Assembly (NCBI GenBank): GCA_015056545.1
Contig: SVGE01000001.1
Coordinates: 9,129 to 73,128, forward strand
Direction of reading: 5' to 3'
DNA length: 64,000 nt
DNA from: Clostridiales bacterium
GTDB taxonomy: Bacteria > Bacillota > Clostridia > TANB77 > SIG350
Both the position numbers and the translations under genes were made by a program. The notes under the pieces are model-generated. The model saw nothing but the letters and a program-made list of their open reading frames with translations. It did no database searches and was not told the DNA's origin. How positions within the stretch are numbered: position 1 is the first letter of the stretch; each line of letters begins with the position of its first letter. Of this stretch, positions 10,180 through 19,977 are shown piece after piece.

Positions 10180-11121
10180 ATGGCAGAAAGATTTTTCCAT
10201 AAAATAATTAAAGAAATTTGTAGTGAAAAAGATATACGAATGAAAGTATTATCTTTTGGTATGATTATTAAATTAAAAAAAGATGATAAAATTAGATACA
10301 TTATACAAAATTGTTTTGGATTTAATAATTCAACAGCAGATAGACTTGCATCAGATAAATATTCATTATTTGAAGTTCTTGAATCAGAAGGAATTAGTGT
10401 TATAAAACATTATATGTTATTTAATCCAGTGTCAAGAGCGGGTTTTATGGATGAAGTTATGCTTTCAAATACTATTTCAAAATTTATTGATGAGTATGGA
10501 GCAATTGCAATAGTTAAATCTAATACTGGTAGAGAAGGTGTAAGTGTATATAAATGTATTGGGGAAAATGAGATATATGATACAGCATATAATCTTTTTA
10601 AAACAAATTCTTCAATATCTCTATGCCCATATTATGATATTAAAGAAGAATATAGGGTTGTATATTTAGATGGGAAATGTGAACTTATTTATTCAAAAGA
10701 AAGACCAGCAGTTATTGGTAATGGACTTCTTAGTGTTGCAGAATTATATTTAAAACAAAAAGAAAATTTAAGTCCATATATTACAATGGATAAAATAATA
10801 GATATAGATTTAAGTTATGTTCCTAAAAAAGATGAAAAGGTATATTTAACATGGAAACATAATTTATGTAATGGTGCTATTCCTTTAATAGTAGAAGATA
10901 ATAAATTGAAAAAAAAGATACAAGAATTTGCTACTTTAGTAGCTAAAAAAATCAACATAGATTTTGCGGCAATAGATATAATAGAAGATAAAGAAGGAAA
11001 TTTAAGTGTTTTGGAAGTTAATTCAGGATTAGGTTTAACAATATTTACAAAACATGTTCAAAATGGATATGAGATTACAAAAAGCATATATTCAAAAGCA
11101 ATAGATAAATTATTTGAATAA
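10180..11121 (+). CDS. ATP-grasp domain protein (RimK-like ligase fold)
   Basis: C-terminal …NLSVLEVNSGLGL (ExN Mg-binding motif); size of about 313 aa. Confidence 0.45.
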   Translation: MAERFFHKIIKEICSEKDIRMKVLSFGMIIKLKKDDKIRYIIQNCFGFNNSTADRLASDKYSLFEVLESEGISVIKHYMLFNPVSRAGFMDEVMLSNTISKFIDEYGAIAIVKSNTGREGVSVYKCIGENEIYDTAYNLFKTNSSISLCPYYDIKEEYRVVYLDGKCELIYSKERPAVIGNGLLSVAELYLKQKENLSPYITMDKIIDIDLSYVPKKDEKVYLTWKHNLCNGAIPLIVEDNKLKKKIQEFATLVAKKINIDFAAIDIIEDKEGNLSVLEVNSGLGLTIFTKHVQNGYEITKSIYSKAIDKLFE

Positions 11122-11144
11122 ATACTGCAAAAGGAAGTGGTAGT

Positions 11145-12398
11145 ATGAGAACTGTTAGAAGAAGAAATAGAAACAAAGAATTTAATGAAGGAAATTTTGA
11201 ATCAAAAAGGATTAGAAAAAGAAAAATAGTAATTTTAGCGATTATTCCAGTAATATTTATTTTAATAATTTTTGGTGTTATTAAACTAATAGGGTTTGCA
11301 ATAAATAGTATTACTGATAATTCTAATGAAGATTTATTAGCTCAAGAAACAATGGCTAATGTTGAAAATGAAAATAAAATAGAAGAATATGTATGGATAG
11401 ATCCATATGTAAATGCTGAAAAGTTAGAATATACTGGACCAATTGAAAATGTTTTTTTTCATCCATTAGTTGCATATCCTGAACTTGCTTTTGATGGAGA
11501 TTATCAAAGTCAAGGAATGGATGATTATATGGCAACTGTTCCTGAATTTAAGAGATTTATTCAAGAATTATATAATAATAATTATATATTAGTAAATATT
11601 AATGAGTTTTATGAAACAATTACTGATGAAAATGGAGTTCAAAAAGTAAAAAGAAAAAAAGTAATGTTTCCAGTAGGAAAAAAACCAGTTGTTTTATCTA
11701 TGGATGATATGAATTATTATGACTATATGAAAGAAAATGGTTGTATATACAAACTTGTTATAGGGGATAATGGAAATGTTGCAACATATTCAATTGATCC
11801 ACAAGGAAATGAAGTATATTCTTATGATAATGAAGTAATACCAATAATAGATAATTTTGTAAAAGAACATCCAGATTTCTCATTTAATGGTGCAAAAGGT
11901 TTTATTGGATTAACAGGATATAATGGAATACTTGGATATAATACAAACTGGGAAAATCCAAATTATCAAACAGAAATAGAGCAGGCGATGAAAGTAGTTG
12001 ATAGGTTAAAAGAAACTGGTTGGTTTTTTGCAAGTCACAGCTATACACACTGTAATTTTGAAAAAGCAGGTTATGATAAAATTAAATATGATACAGATAA
12101 ATGGAAACAAGAAGTAGAAAGCCTAGTAGGACCTACACAAGTATTTATCTATCCATATGGTGCTCATGAAAAGTTTGATAGCCCAGAACATGAGTATTTA
12201 ATAAATACTGGTGGATTTAAAATATTTTTAGGTGTAGGTATAAGACAATATGAAAAAATATATACAAATTATGTTTTTATGGATAGAAAAAATATTGATG
12301 GAATAACACTTAGAAATAGAAAGAAATCTGTTGAACATATGTTTAATACAGATACAGTTATTGATTTAGAAGCAAGAGATAGAATGAAAAATATGTAA
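11145..12398 (+). CDS. Membrane-anchored polysaccharide deacetylase-family (NodB-like) protein
   Basis: N-terminal TM; SMDDMNYYD (Asp-Asp motif) and FASHSYTH (HSxxH) motifs. Confidence 0.5.
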   Translation: MRTVRRRNRNKEFNEGNFESKRIRKRKIVILAIIPVIFILIIFGVIKLIGFAINSITDNSNEDLLAQETMANVENENKIEEYVWIDPYVNAEKLEYTGPIENVFFHPLVAYPELAFDGDYQSQGMDDYMATVPEFKRFIQELYNNNYILVNINEFYETITDENGVQKVKRKKVMFPVGKKPVVLSMDDMNYYDYMKENGCIYKLVIGDNGNVATYSIDPQGNEVYSYDNEVIPIIDNFVKEHPDFSFNGAKGFIGLTGYNGILGYNTNWENPNYQTEIEQAMKVVDRLKETGWFFASHSYTHCNFEKAGYDKIKYDTDKWKQEVESLVGPTQVFIYPYGAHEKFDSPEHEYLINTGGFKIFLGVGIRQYEKIYTNYVFMDRKNIDGITLRNRKKSVEHMFNTDTVIDLEARDRMKNM

Positions 12399-12411
12399 GA
12401 GAGGAAATGAA

Positions 12412-12954
12412 ATGCAAATAGAACTAGATATACTAAATTTTATACAAAAAAACATGTATTATGATATATTAACTACAATATTAAGAATTATTTCATATAT
12501 GGGCAATATAGGCTTTATTTGGATAATAATTGCAATATTATTCATATTGATTAAAAAATATAGGAAAATTGGAATTACTATGTGCATAGGACTAATATTG
12601 TGTTTAATTATTGGAAATGGAATTTTGAAGCCTTTAATTGCACGTACAAGGCCATATGATTTAGAGATAAATAGCAATATGCAAATCCAAATAGAAAAAC
12701 CAAATGATTATTCATTTCCATCTGGTCATACATTAGCAGCTTTTACAAGTGCATTAATTATATTATTATATAACAAAAAAATTGGAATATTTGCATTAAT
12801 ACTAGCAACACTTATGGCATTTTCAAGACTATATTTTTATGTACATTTTCCAACAGATGTATTAGGTGGAATTATATTTGGAATATTATTTGCATTTATT
12901 TCTAAGTGGATAGTTAAAAGATATATAGATAATGATAATAAGTATAGAAATTAA
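12412..12954 (+). CDS. PAP2-family phosphatase (undecaprenyl-diphosphate/phosphatidylglycerophosphate phosphatase-like)
   Basis: KxxxxxxRP, PSGHT and SRxxxxxHxxxD motifs (PSGHTLAAF, SRLYFYVHFPTDVLGG). Confidence 0.8.
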   Translation: MQIELDILNFIQKNMYYDILTTILRIISYMGNIGFIWIIIAILFILIKKYRKIGITMCIGLILCLIIGNGILKPLIARTRPYDLEINSNMQIQIEKPNDYSFPSGHTLAAFTSALIILLYNKKIGIFALILATLMAFSRLYFYVHFPTDVLGGIIFGILFAFISKWIVKRYIDNDNKYRN

Positions 12955-12964
12955 TATACAAAAA

Positions 12965-12992
12965 CAGGCTATGAAAACCATAGTCTGTTTTT
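12965..12992 (+). terminator. Rho-independent terminator after the PAP2 gene
   Basis: caggctatg-aaaacc-atagtctg followed by TTTTT. Confidence 0.55.
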
Positions 12993-13069
12993 GATTATTA
13001 ATTAAAGTTATTATTTTACACAATTTTACGTGTTTTGATAATTGGAACTGTATTAATACTTTTTTCATT

Positions 13070-13183
13070 TCAATTTTCAAATTTAGGTAGTGGGTTTCTT
13101 ATATCTGCAATTACAGCATCCAAACCTACATAACATGAAAAAGCAAAAAACAAAAGATATAATGCAATAATTGATATTTTCAT
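13070..13183 (-). CDS. Small hydrophobic peptide (37 aa, MKISIIALYLLFFAFSCYVGLDAVIADIRNPLPKFEN); last gene of the Panacea-domain operon
   Basis: Not in the ORF track (under 60 aa); good RBS aaggag 7 nt upstream of ATG; single predicted TM. Confidence 0.3.
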   Translation of the reverse strand: MKISIIALYLLFFAFSCYVGLDAVIADIRNPLPKFEN

Positions 13184-13201
13184 AAATAACTCCTTTCGTC
13201 T

Positions 13202-13429
13202 TTATACTTCATATTTTGGACAACCGTTTTCCTTATAATATGTAATCATTTCTGTTAAATTACAATCTTCTTGTTTAGTAAAAGAATATACAATTTTTTT
13301 ACTAATTCTATTAGTTTCTTCTTTTTTTGCATTTTCTTTATATATTGGTAATCTTTTTATAACAAGTATTGTAATAAAAAGGATGATAAAGATAACTATT
13401 ATGATTGATATTAATTCCGGTATATTCAT
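13202..13429 (-). CDS. Small membrane protein (about 75 aa from the internal ATG; N-terminal TM plus charged tail); candidate toxin partner
   Basis: RBS aagagg 8 nt before ATG at 13429 (ORF track start 13438 is GTG); lies immediately after the upstream DUF4065 gene. Confidence 0.4.
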   Translation of the reverse strand: MNIPELISIIIVIFIILFITILVIKRLPIYKENAKKEETNRISKKIVYSFTKQEDCNLTEMITYYKENGCPKYEV

Positions 13430-13430
13430 A

Positions 13431-13979
13431 TTATTCACCTCTTTTTGAAAATAAATACTCTACTAACTCATTAGCTTTTTCAAAATCAGATAAATGTAAT
13501 TTGCTAATTTTTTCAAGATTGATTGATGTATCGTTTTCAATTAAATTATCTATTTCCATTATTTTTGTAAGAGTAATTAAATCACACATAGAGTAGGAAC
13601 CAAATTTTTGGAATATTTCTTGAATTCTTAAACATATTTCTTTAGATGGATAATCACAACATTTATACTTTTGTGGAATATAACAGTAAGTATAAATTGG
13701 AATGTAGTTTATAGGTTGCTTATCATCAACATCCTTCAATATGTAGTATACATGTGTATCAATAAAAGATGTAAGGGAATCTATAGTTGTTCCGTTAGTA
13801 TGAATTATGTAGATTTTTTCTTCAAAAAGTTTTTTACCTTCACGAGCATATGAAAATGCTAAAATAGATAATAGCATTCCTAGTTTTCTACTTGAACAAG
13901 AATATTTTTTGTTTGTCCGATAAAAGAGTTCGATAAGATATTTCGTTATGTCTTTAAAACTTGCATGTAACTTTTCCAT
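13431..13979 (-). CDS. DUF4065 / Panacea-domain protein (PanA-like putative antitoxin), copy 2
   Basis: …SSRKLGMLLSILAFSYAREGKKLFEEKIYIIHTNGTTIDSL parallels the Panacea consensus (KLqKLLYyaq…plFde.ieAw.yGPVv.evY) and aligns motif for motif with the 14160..14612 protein; RBS ggaaaggtga. Confidence 0.5.
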   Translation of the reverse strand: MEKLHASFKDITKYLIELFYRTNKKYSCSSRKLGMLLSILAFSYAREGKKLFEEKIYIIHTNGTTIDSLTSFIDTHVYYILKDVDDKQPINYIPIYTYCYIPQKYKCCDYPSKEICLRIQEIFQKFGSYSMCDLITLTKIMEIDNLIENDTSINLEKISKLHLSDFEKANELVEYLFSKRGE

Positions 13980-13984
13980 TTTTT

Positions 13985-14131
13985 TCACCTTTCCTTTTTT
14001 ATTGGTTTTTTAATGTGTACAATAGCTATGATTAGTAATAGTATTAGCAAGAATAAAAAGAAAAATTTATAAAATATGCCAACAGTATTGATAAAATTAG
14101 CTGTTGATTCTAAAATTTCATATGCAATCAT
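13985..14131 (-). CDS. Small hydrophobic peptide (47 aa, MIAYEILESTANFINTVGIFYKFFFLFLLILLLIIAIVHIKKPIKKER)
   Basis: Not in the ORF track; RBS aaggag 8 nt upstream; its stop overlaps the RBS and start of the downstream DUF4065 gene (translational coupling). Confidence 0.35.
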   Translation of the reverse strand: MIAYEILESTANFINTVGIFYKFFFLFLLILLLIIAIVHIKKPIKKER

Positions 14132-14159
14132 TTTTTTACTCCTTTATAAAAAATATATT

Positions 14160-14612
14160 TTACATAAATGCTCCTATTAGAATTGGATATGTTACATATG
14201 GATATTTAGAACTTGCTGATCTTATTGCTAACCTAATGATTTTTTGAATATCTGGTAGCTCATTTAATTCGAAAGAATTTAATTCTCCATACATTCTAAT
14301 AATTCTATCTATACTTTCTTCTTCTCTTTCTAAAAGAAGAATATACGGATTTTCTTTTTCTTTAAATTCAACTAAATTTGAGCGGAAATCTTCATCAACT
14401 TCTTCAATTACAACACCACAATCCCATATATGGATTGGTTCTTTAAACACAATCTTTTTTTTATGTCTAATACAATCTACTTGAATTAAACACAGTAATT
14501 TTTGAAGTTTTTGAGTGTTAATATGAATACCTTTGTCTAAGCATTTATTAACAACATGTTTTCCTATTTCTGAAGCCATACATTTAATCATAAATTTCAT
14601 CCTTTCTATCAA
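14160..14612 (-). CDS. DUF4065 / Panacea-domain protein (PanA-like putative antitoxin), copy 1
   Basis: …GIHINTQKLQKLLCLIQVDCIRHKKKIVFKEPIHIWDCGVVIEEVDEDF matches the Panacea/DUF4065 hallmark (tnlKLQKLLY…plFdepieAWkyGPVvpevY). Confidence 0.55.
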   Translation of the reverse strand: MIERMKFMIKCMASEIGKHVVNKCLDKGIHINTQKLQKLLCLIQVDCIRHKKKIVFKEPIHIWDCGVVIEEVDEDFRSNLVEFKEKENPYILLLEREEESIDRIIRMYGELNSFELNELPDIQKIIRLAIRSASSKYPYVTYPILIGAFM

Positions 14613-14799
14613 TATAGATATAAAATATAAATAATATTAATTTGTTTTATAATATACCATAAAACTAGAATTTTGGCAAGGTTATAAGAAATTTAATTAA
14701 AATGTAAAAAATAAATTTTTACAAAACTGACTGTTCAGTCTAATGATTTTTTATTTTATTTAGTTATATAATATAAATGATAAATTTAGGAGGTTATAT

Positions 14800-16503
14800 A
14801 TGAAGGAATTAAAAGAATATAAAAATATTAGAGAAATTATAAGAGAAACAATTAGGTTATATCCGGATAATAAAGCATTTATAATAAAAAATAAAGATAT
14901 GAAAACATACACAAATATTACATACAAACAATTAGGTGAAGAAATAAATCAATTAGGTACTGCATTAATTAAAATTGGTTTTAAAAATAAAAAAATAGCA
15001 GTTATAGGTAAAAATAGATATGAATGGGCATTATCATACTATGCTGTTGTAAATGGAGTAGGGTGTGTTGTTCCACTAGATAAAGGACTTCCACAAGCAG
15101 AGATTGAATCTTCAATTGAAAGAAGCAGGGCAGATTTAATTATATGTGAAGAATCATATCTAGAAATGATAAATGAAATATATGAAAAAGGAAATACAAA
15201 ATTATCTTGTATAGTATGTATGAATGATACAAGTGAAGATAAAATTCATATAAATTTATCTACATTATTGCAAATAGGAAAAAAAGAATTAGAAAATAAT
15301 AATAGAGAATATATTGATACTGAGATAGACGATGATGCTACTAGTATATTATTATTTACATCTGGAACTACTTCATTAGCAAAAGCAGTTGAATTATCTC
15401 ATAGAAATATTGCAACTAATGTAACTGCACTTCATGAAAAAGAAAATATTTATCCAACAGATGTAAATATGGCATTTTTACCATTTCATCATACATTTGG
15501 TTCAACAGGATTATTATTTTTTGTAAGTATAGGTGCATGTACAGTATTTTGTGATGGATTAAGACATGTTCAAAATAATTTAAAAGAATATAAAGTTTCT
15601 GTATTTTTCTGTGTTCCTCTAATTATTGAGGCTATGCATAAAAAGATAATGGCAGAAGTAGATAAAAAGGGAATGACTAAAAAAGTTAAATTAGGTAAAA
15701 AACTTTGCAAAATATTATTAAAATTTGGAATAGATATACGTAGAAAAGTATTTAAAGAAATAATAGATAATTTAGGTGGAAATTTAAGATTTGTAATAAG
15801 TGGTGCAGCAGCAATAGATCCACAAGTTGCAGTAGATTTCAATGATTTTGGAATACTTACAGTACAAGGTTATGGTTTAACAGAAACATCACCAGTATTA
15901 ACAGCTGAAAACGAATATACACTTAGAAAAGGCTCTATAGGTAAACCATTATATAATGTCGAAATAAAAATAGATAATCCTAATGAAAATGGTATAGGCG
16001 AAATTATTGCAAAAGGTCCAAATGTTATGAAAGGTTATTATGAAAATGAAGAAGCAACAAATGAAGTATTAATTGATGGATGGTTCCATACAGGTGATTT
16101 AGGGTATATGGATAAAGATGGATATATATATATTTCAGGTAGAAAGAAGAATGTTATTGTACTTAAAAATGGTAAAAATATTTATCCAGAAGAATTAGAA
16201 ATAGTTGTAGCAAATCTTCCATATGTAGCTGAAAATATGGTATTTGGAATTCCAAAAGATGATGACTTATTATTAGGAGTAAAAATTGTATATAATAAAG
16301 ATTATGTTGAAAAAGAATATCCTGGAATGTCTAATGAAGATGAACTAAAACAAAAAATTTGGGAAGATATTAAAGAAATTAATAAAGGATTACCAACTTA
16401 CAAACATATTAAACAGTTAATTATTACAACAGAACCTATGATTAAAACAACTACAAATAAAGTTAAAAGAAATGAAGAAATTAAATTAATATTAAGTAAA
16501 TAA
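14800..16503 (+). CDS. AMP-dependent synthetase/ligase (long-chain fatty-acid--CoA ligase-like)
   Basis: LLFTSGTTSLAKAVELSH (AMP-binding box), GYGLTETS, GWFHTGDLGYMDKDGYIYISGRKKNVIVLKNGKNIYPEELE. Confidence 0.85.
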   Translation: MKELKEYKNIREIIRETIRLYPDNKAFIIKNKDMKTYTNITYKQLGEEINQLGTALIKIGFKNKKIAVIGKNRYEWALSYYAVVNGVGCVVPLDKGLPQAEIESSIERSRADLIICEESYLEMINEIYEKGNTKLSCIVCMNDTSEDKIHINLSTLLQIGKKELENNNREYIDTEIDDDATSILLFTSGTTSLAKAVELSHRNIATNVTALHEKENIYPTDVNMAFLPFHHTFGSTGLLFFVSIGACTVFCDGLRHVQNNLKEYKVSVFFCVPLIIEAMHKKIMAEVDKKGMTKKVKLGKKLCKILLKFGIDIRRKVFKEIIDNLGGNLRFVISGAAAIDPQVAVDFNDFGILTVQGYGLTETSPVLTAENEYTLRKGSIGKPLYNVEIKIDNPNENGIGEIIAKGPNVMKGYYENEEATNEVLIDGWFHTGDLGYMDKDGYIYISGRKKNVIVLKNGKNIYPEELEIVVANLPYVAENMVFGIPKDDDLLLGVKIVYNKDYVEKEYPGMSNEDELKQKIWEDIKEINKGLPTYKHIKQLIITTEPMIKTTTNKVKRNEEIKLILSK

Positions 16504-16516
16504 TATATAATCAATA

Positions 16517-16550
16517 AAAGGCATTCAATTAAGATTGAAATGCCTTTTTA
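16517..16550. terminator. Rho-independent terminator (aaaggcattcaa … ttgaaatgccttt)
   Basis: Hairpin plus T-run between convergent genes. Confidence 0.55.
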
Positions 16551-16567
16551 ATTTTCTTTATGAAATA

Positions 16568-17338
16568 TTATCTAATTTTATAGTAATAGTTTATAGTATT
16601 TGGATAAAGTGTTGATATTAGTATACTATTATTATTTTTATCTACTATTTGCATATTAGGATATATTTTTACCAATGCAGATACATCAATCACTTTATTA
16701 GCTATTTGTTCAAAATAAGTGTATGAAGTATTATTAGAGGTATCTATATTAAATTCATTAGCTATTTTCTTTGAAAACATATTTAAAGATATATTACTTA
16801 TATACATATCTACAAATAAAAAAGTAATTATACCTAATAGAATTGAATTACATAACTTATAATTCTTATTAAAAATATAATATATTTTTGTAAATAGAGG
16901 GTTTATTTGTTTAATAAGAAAGACTCCAAGTATTCCCCAAAAAATACAATATATTAAGCATATCCTACCATTAATATTCAAAAATAAATGTGAATAATCC
17001 CACCATTTAAAAGAATATAGTGTTTCACATATATAACTCATTAAATATTCTGCAAGTCCACATATTATTATACTTCCAATAAATAGTTTAATAATATTAT
17101 TCTTATATTTATTGAAAAATATTATAATTAATGTAGCTGATATTCCATATATAAAGCAGAAAGGGCCAATTAACAAACTTTGTCTACTTTCTAGTACTCC
17201 TTTAGTTATTAGGCCAAAGGTTGTTTCTATTAAAAAACCGATAAAACTATATATAAGGAAATAGTATAATATTTTCCAAATATTCAATTGTGTTTGTTTT
17301 TCAATAATTATTCTTTTCATATTGTATATTATTAACAA
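16568..17338 (-). CDS. Polytopic membrane protein with a WDYS motif (putative ABC-transporter-type-IV/DUF1113-like family)
   Basis: 6-7 predicted TM helices; the motif KWWDYSHLF is reminiscent of that family; assignment tentative. Confidence 0.35.
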   Translation of the reverse strand: MLIIYNMKRIIIEKQTQLNIWKILYYFLIYSFIGFLIETTFGLITKGVLESRQSLLIGPFCFIYGISATLIIIFFNKYKNNIIKLFIGSIIICGLAEYLMSYICETLYSFKWWDYSHLFLNINGRICLIYCIFWGILGVFLIKQINPLFTKIYYIFNKNYKLCNSILLGIITFLFVDMYISNISLNMFSKKIANEFNIDTSNNTSYTYFEQIANKVIDVSALVKIYPNMQIVDKNNNSILISTLYPNTINYYYKIR

Positions 17339-17387
17339 ATAAGTATTATTTATACATTTATGGGGAAAATGTTAATAGGTGATATGT

Positions 17388-18200
17388 ATGAATATAGTTA
17401 CTTTTCCTGGATTAAATCTTAAATTTGAATTAGACAGAGTTGCCTTTAAAATATTTAGAATAGATATATATTGGTATTCATTACTTATTGTAATTAGTAT
17501 TATTATTGGACTTATATTAGCAAAAAGAAAAGAAGGAATGTATGGAATTAAATTTGATAATATACTTGAAGGAATATCTATTACAATACCTGTTTCAATT
17601 ATTTTTGCTAGGTTGTATTATGTAATATTTAATTTAGATGATTATACAAATATTTGGAATATGTTTAATATACGTAATGGTGGAATTGCAATATATGGAT
17701 GTATTATAGGGGGAGTGATTTGTTTATTTGTTTATTCTATAATAAACAAATTAAATTTACTGGATTTGTTAGATTATATTATTCCATATGTTGCTTTAGG
17801 TCAATCAATTGGGAGATGGGGGAATTTTATTAATATTGAAAGTTATGGAAGCAAATATACTGGAATCTTTAGAATGGGTATAATCGAGAACGGTCAGTAT
17901 ATAGAAGTTCATCCAACATTTTTATATGAATCAATTATAACTTTGATACTTTTTATTACTTTAATAATGTGTCAAAAAAGGAGAAAATACTCAGGAGAGA
18001 TACTAATTGTGTATTTAATTATATATTCGTTTTTTAGGGCATTTATTGAAGAATTAAGAGTAGACAGTTTAATGGTAGGAAATATACGTATTTCAAAAGC
18101 TTTATCGATTTGTATTTTTATTTTTTCATTTAGTATTTATATAATTAATTTACTTAGAAATAAGATTTTAAAAAAGGAAGTTAGTTATGAAAAGATTTAA
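17388..18200 (+). CDS. lgt: Prolipoprotein diacylglyceryl transferase
   Basis: Signature GRWGNFINIESYG; polytopic; start placed at the second ATG (MNIVTF) with RBS aggtga. Confidence 0.85.
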   Translation: MNIVTFPGLNLKFELDRVAFKIFRIDIYWYSLLIVISIIIGLILAKRKEGMYGIKFDNILEGISITIPVSIIFARLYYVIFNLDDYTNIWNMFNIRNGGIAIYGCIIGGVICLFVYSIINKLNLLDLLDYIIPYVALGQSIGRWGNFINIESYGSKYTGIFRMGIIENGQYIEVHPTFLYESIITLILFITLIMCQKRRKYSGEILIVYLIIYSFFRAFIEELRVDSLMVGNIRISKALSICIFIFSFSIYIINLLRNKILKKEVSYEKI

Positions 18201-18624
18201 TTATATTTTAATAATTAGTTTGTTTATATTAGATAGAATTATTAAAGAAGCGGTTAAGTACAAAAATATTGTACTAATAGCTAATATATTAAGTATTAGC
18301 TATGTAGAAAATTCAGGTATTGCTTTTGGTTTTATGAACAGATATAATAATAATATAATATTGATTAATTTAATTTTAATTATATTATTATTTATATATC
18401 TATCTGGAATGAATATAACAAGTAGAAAAGATTTTATTTATTCAAGTTTTATACTAGCAGGAAGTATTGGAAATATAATTGATAGACTTTTTTATGGATA
18501 TGTTATTGATTATATTTCAATATTAGATTTTCCAATATTTAATTTAGCAGATATATATATTGTATTTGGTTTATTATTATTATTTATAGAAATAAATAGA
18601 GTAGGAGAATGTGCTAATATATGA
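18187..18624 (+). CDS. lspA: Lipoprotein signal peptidase II
   Basis: NSGIAFGF and FNLADIYIVFG motifs; overlaps the lgt end (lgt-lspA operon). Confidence 0.85.
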   Translation: MKRFNYILIISLFILDRIIKEAVKYKNIVLIANILSISYVENSGIAFGFMNRYNNNIILINLILIILLFIYLSGMNITSRKDFIYSSFILAGSIGNIIDRLFYGYVIDYISILDFPIFNLADIYIVFGLLLLFIEINRVGECANI

Positions 18625-19079
18625 AAATATTAATAATTGGAGCTGTTGGAAGTGGAAAAACTACATTAGCTAGAAAGCTAGCTAAAAAATATAATATAGA
18701 CCATTATGAAATTGATTCAATTGTTCATGATGATAATAATAATGGAAAAAAGAGGACAGAAACTGAGCAATATGAAATTATTATGGAAATTAATAAAAAA
18801 GAAAGTTGGATAATTGAAGGAACTCTTCGTAAGCATTTAGATTATTTATTAAAATTATCTGACAAAATAGTTTTAGTTAATACACCTTTATATAAAAGGA
18901 AAATACGAATATTTACTAGATATATAAAGCAAAAATTACATATAGAGAAATGTAATTATGCTCCTAATATGGAATTGTTAAAACAAATGTTTGAATGGAC
19001 AAGTGATTATGAAAATAATAGAGGTAAGTTAAGTAATGTTTTGGATAATTATTCAGATAAAATAGAGGTAATAAAATAA
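18621..19079 (+). CDS. P-loop NTPase (AAA/adenylate-kinase-like topology-modulation-type protein)
   Basis: Walker A IIGAVGSGKTTLARKLA at the N-terminus; about 150 aa. Confidence 0.5.
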   Translation: MKILIIGAVGSGKTTLARKLAKKYNIDHYEIDSIVHDDNNNGKKRTETEQYEIIMEINKKESWIIEGTLRKHLDYLLKLSDKIVLVNTPLYKRKIRIFTRYIKQKLHIEKCNYAPNMELLKQMFEWTSDYENNRGKLSNVLDNYSDKIEVIK

Positions 19080-19104
19080 AGAGTGGAATAACCACTCTTT
19101 ATTT
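19079..19104. terminator. Bidirectional terminator (gagtgg-aata-accactc)
   Basis: Hairpin flanked by A and T runs between convergent genes. Confidence 0.5.
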
Positions 19105-19108
19105 ATGT

Positions 19109-19615
19109 TTAAAATACATGTTTCCTTAGATCTTTTCTTAATTGTTCTTCTAAATCACTTAATTGTGAAGGACTAACTTCATCACATATGCATCGATAAG
19201 AAAAGCATATTCTACCATTTCCTAATTTCATAGGTTTCAAAAAACCATAAACTTTTATAGGAAGGTTTGTAGCTTCTTGTTTATCTACAATAATTGAAAT
19301 ACCGGTATCTTCATCAATTATCATAGCTTTAAATCGATTTTTAAAACTAAAATAATCCTCATCTGAATTAAGTAACTCAATAAAAGCTGATATACATTTC
19401 GGATTTGTATTGTCGATAAGAATACTTTTAGATGTTTCATAAGGTCCATGATCAAGATGTAATCTTATTACATTATCATAATATATTTGAATACATCTTG
19501 TATTTGTTAGTTCCTTTAAATTGAAATCTTCCAAATTAAGTCTCCGATAAATTATGGATATAGGTACTTCTCTCACTTTTTCACCGTACCAAATAAAAAT
19601 AGTTTTTTCAGACAT
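19109..19615 (-). CDS. Hypothetical cytoplasmic protein (168 aa)
   Basis: ORF with RBS ggagga; no recognisable motif. Confidence 0.35.
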   Translation of the reverse strand: MSEKTIFIWYGEKVREVPISIIYRRLNLEDFNLKELTNTRCIQIYYDNVIRLHLDHGPYETSKSILIDNTNPKCISAFIELLNSDEDYFSFKNRFKAMIIDEDTGISIIVDKQEATNLPIKVYGFLKPMKLGNGRICFSYRCICDEVSPSQLSDLEEQLRKDLRKHVF

Positions 19616-19634
19616 ATTATTTTCCTCCTAAAAA

Positions 19635-19853
19635 TTATTTTATAAATCTTTTTACAATAAAAACAATTGACAATGCTATTACTATAATCATAATACATGC
19701 TATAAAAATAGAAGTAGGATTATAATAATCATTATTTGGTAGATATAATTTAGCAGCTAAATTACCTACAAAAAAAATAATTATTGTTTCAACAATAAAT
19801 TCAATGATTTTGCCAATAGAAAGGTTCCGGATATAATCAAGTATGTCTTTCAT
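19635..19853 (-). CDS. Small membrane protein (72 aa, 2 TM)
   Basis: RBS aggag; hydrophobic. Confidence 0.3.
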   Translation of the reverse strand: MKDILDYIRNLSIGKIIEFIVETIIIFFVGNLAAKLYLPNNDYYNPTSIFIACIMIIVIALSIVFIVKRFIK

Positions 19854-19977
19854 AATTTTTACTCCTTTAAATTTAAATTAGTGTAATAATTAGCTTAAAT
19901 ATATAAACTTAATAACATATATTTTTTCAGTAGACATAATTTTAACATAAATTTTATTAAAAAGCAAATATAGTTAA

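Noticed and set aside
12886-13080. 64-aa ORF in the track at the end of the Panacea operon
   Set aside because: It overlaps the better-supported 37-aa peptide gene (which has an RBS) in another frame and has no RBS of its own; likely spurious
14729-14740. 12-bp palindrome gactgttcagtc in the divergent promoter region between the Panacea operon and the acyl-CoA ligase gene
   Set aside because: Too short to assign to a regulator family. It is mentioned inside the Panacea finding as a possible operator rather than as a separate feature
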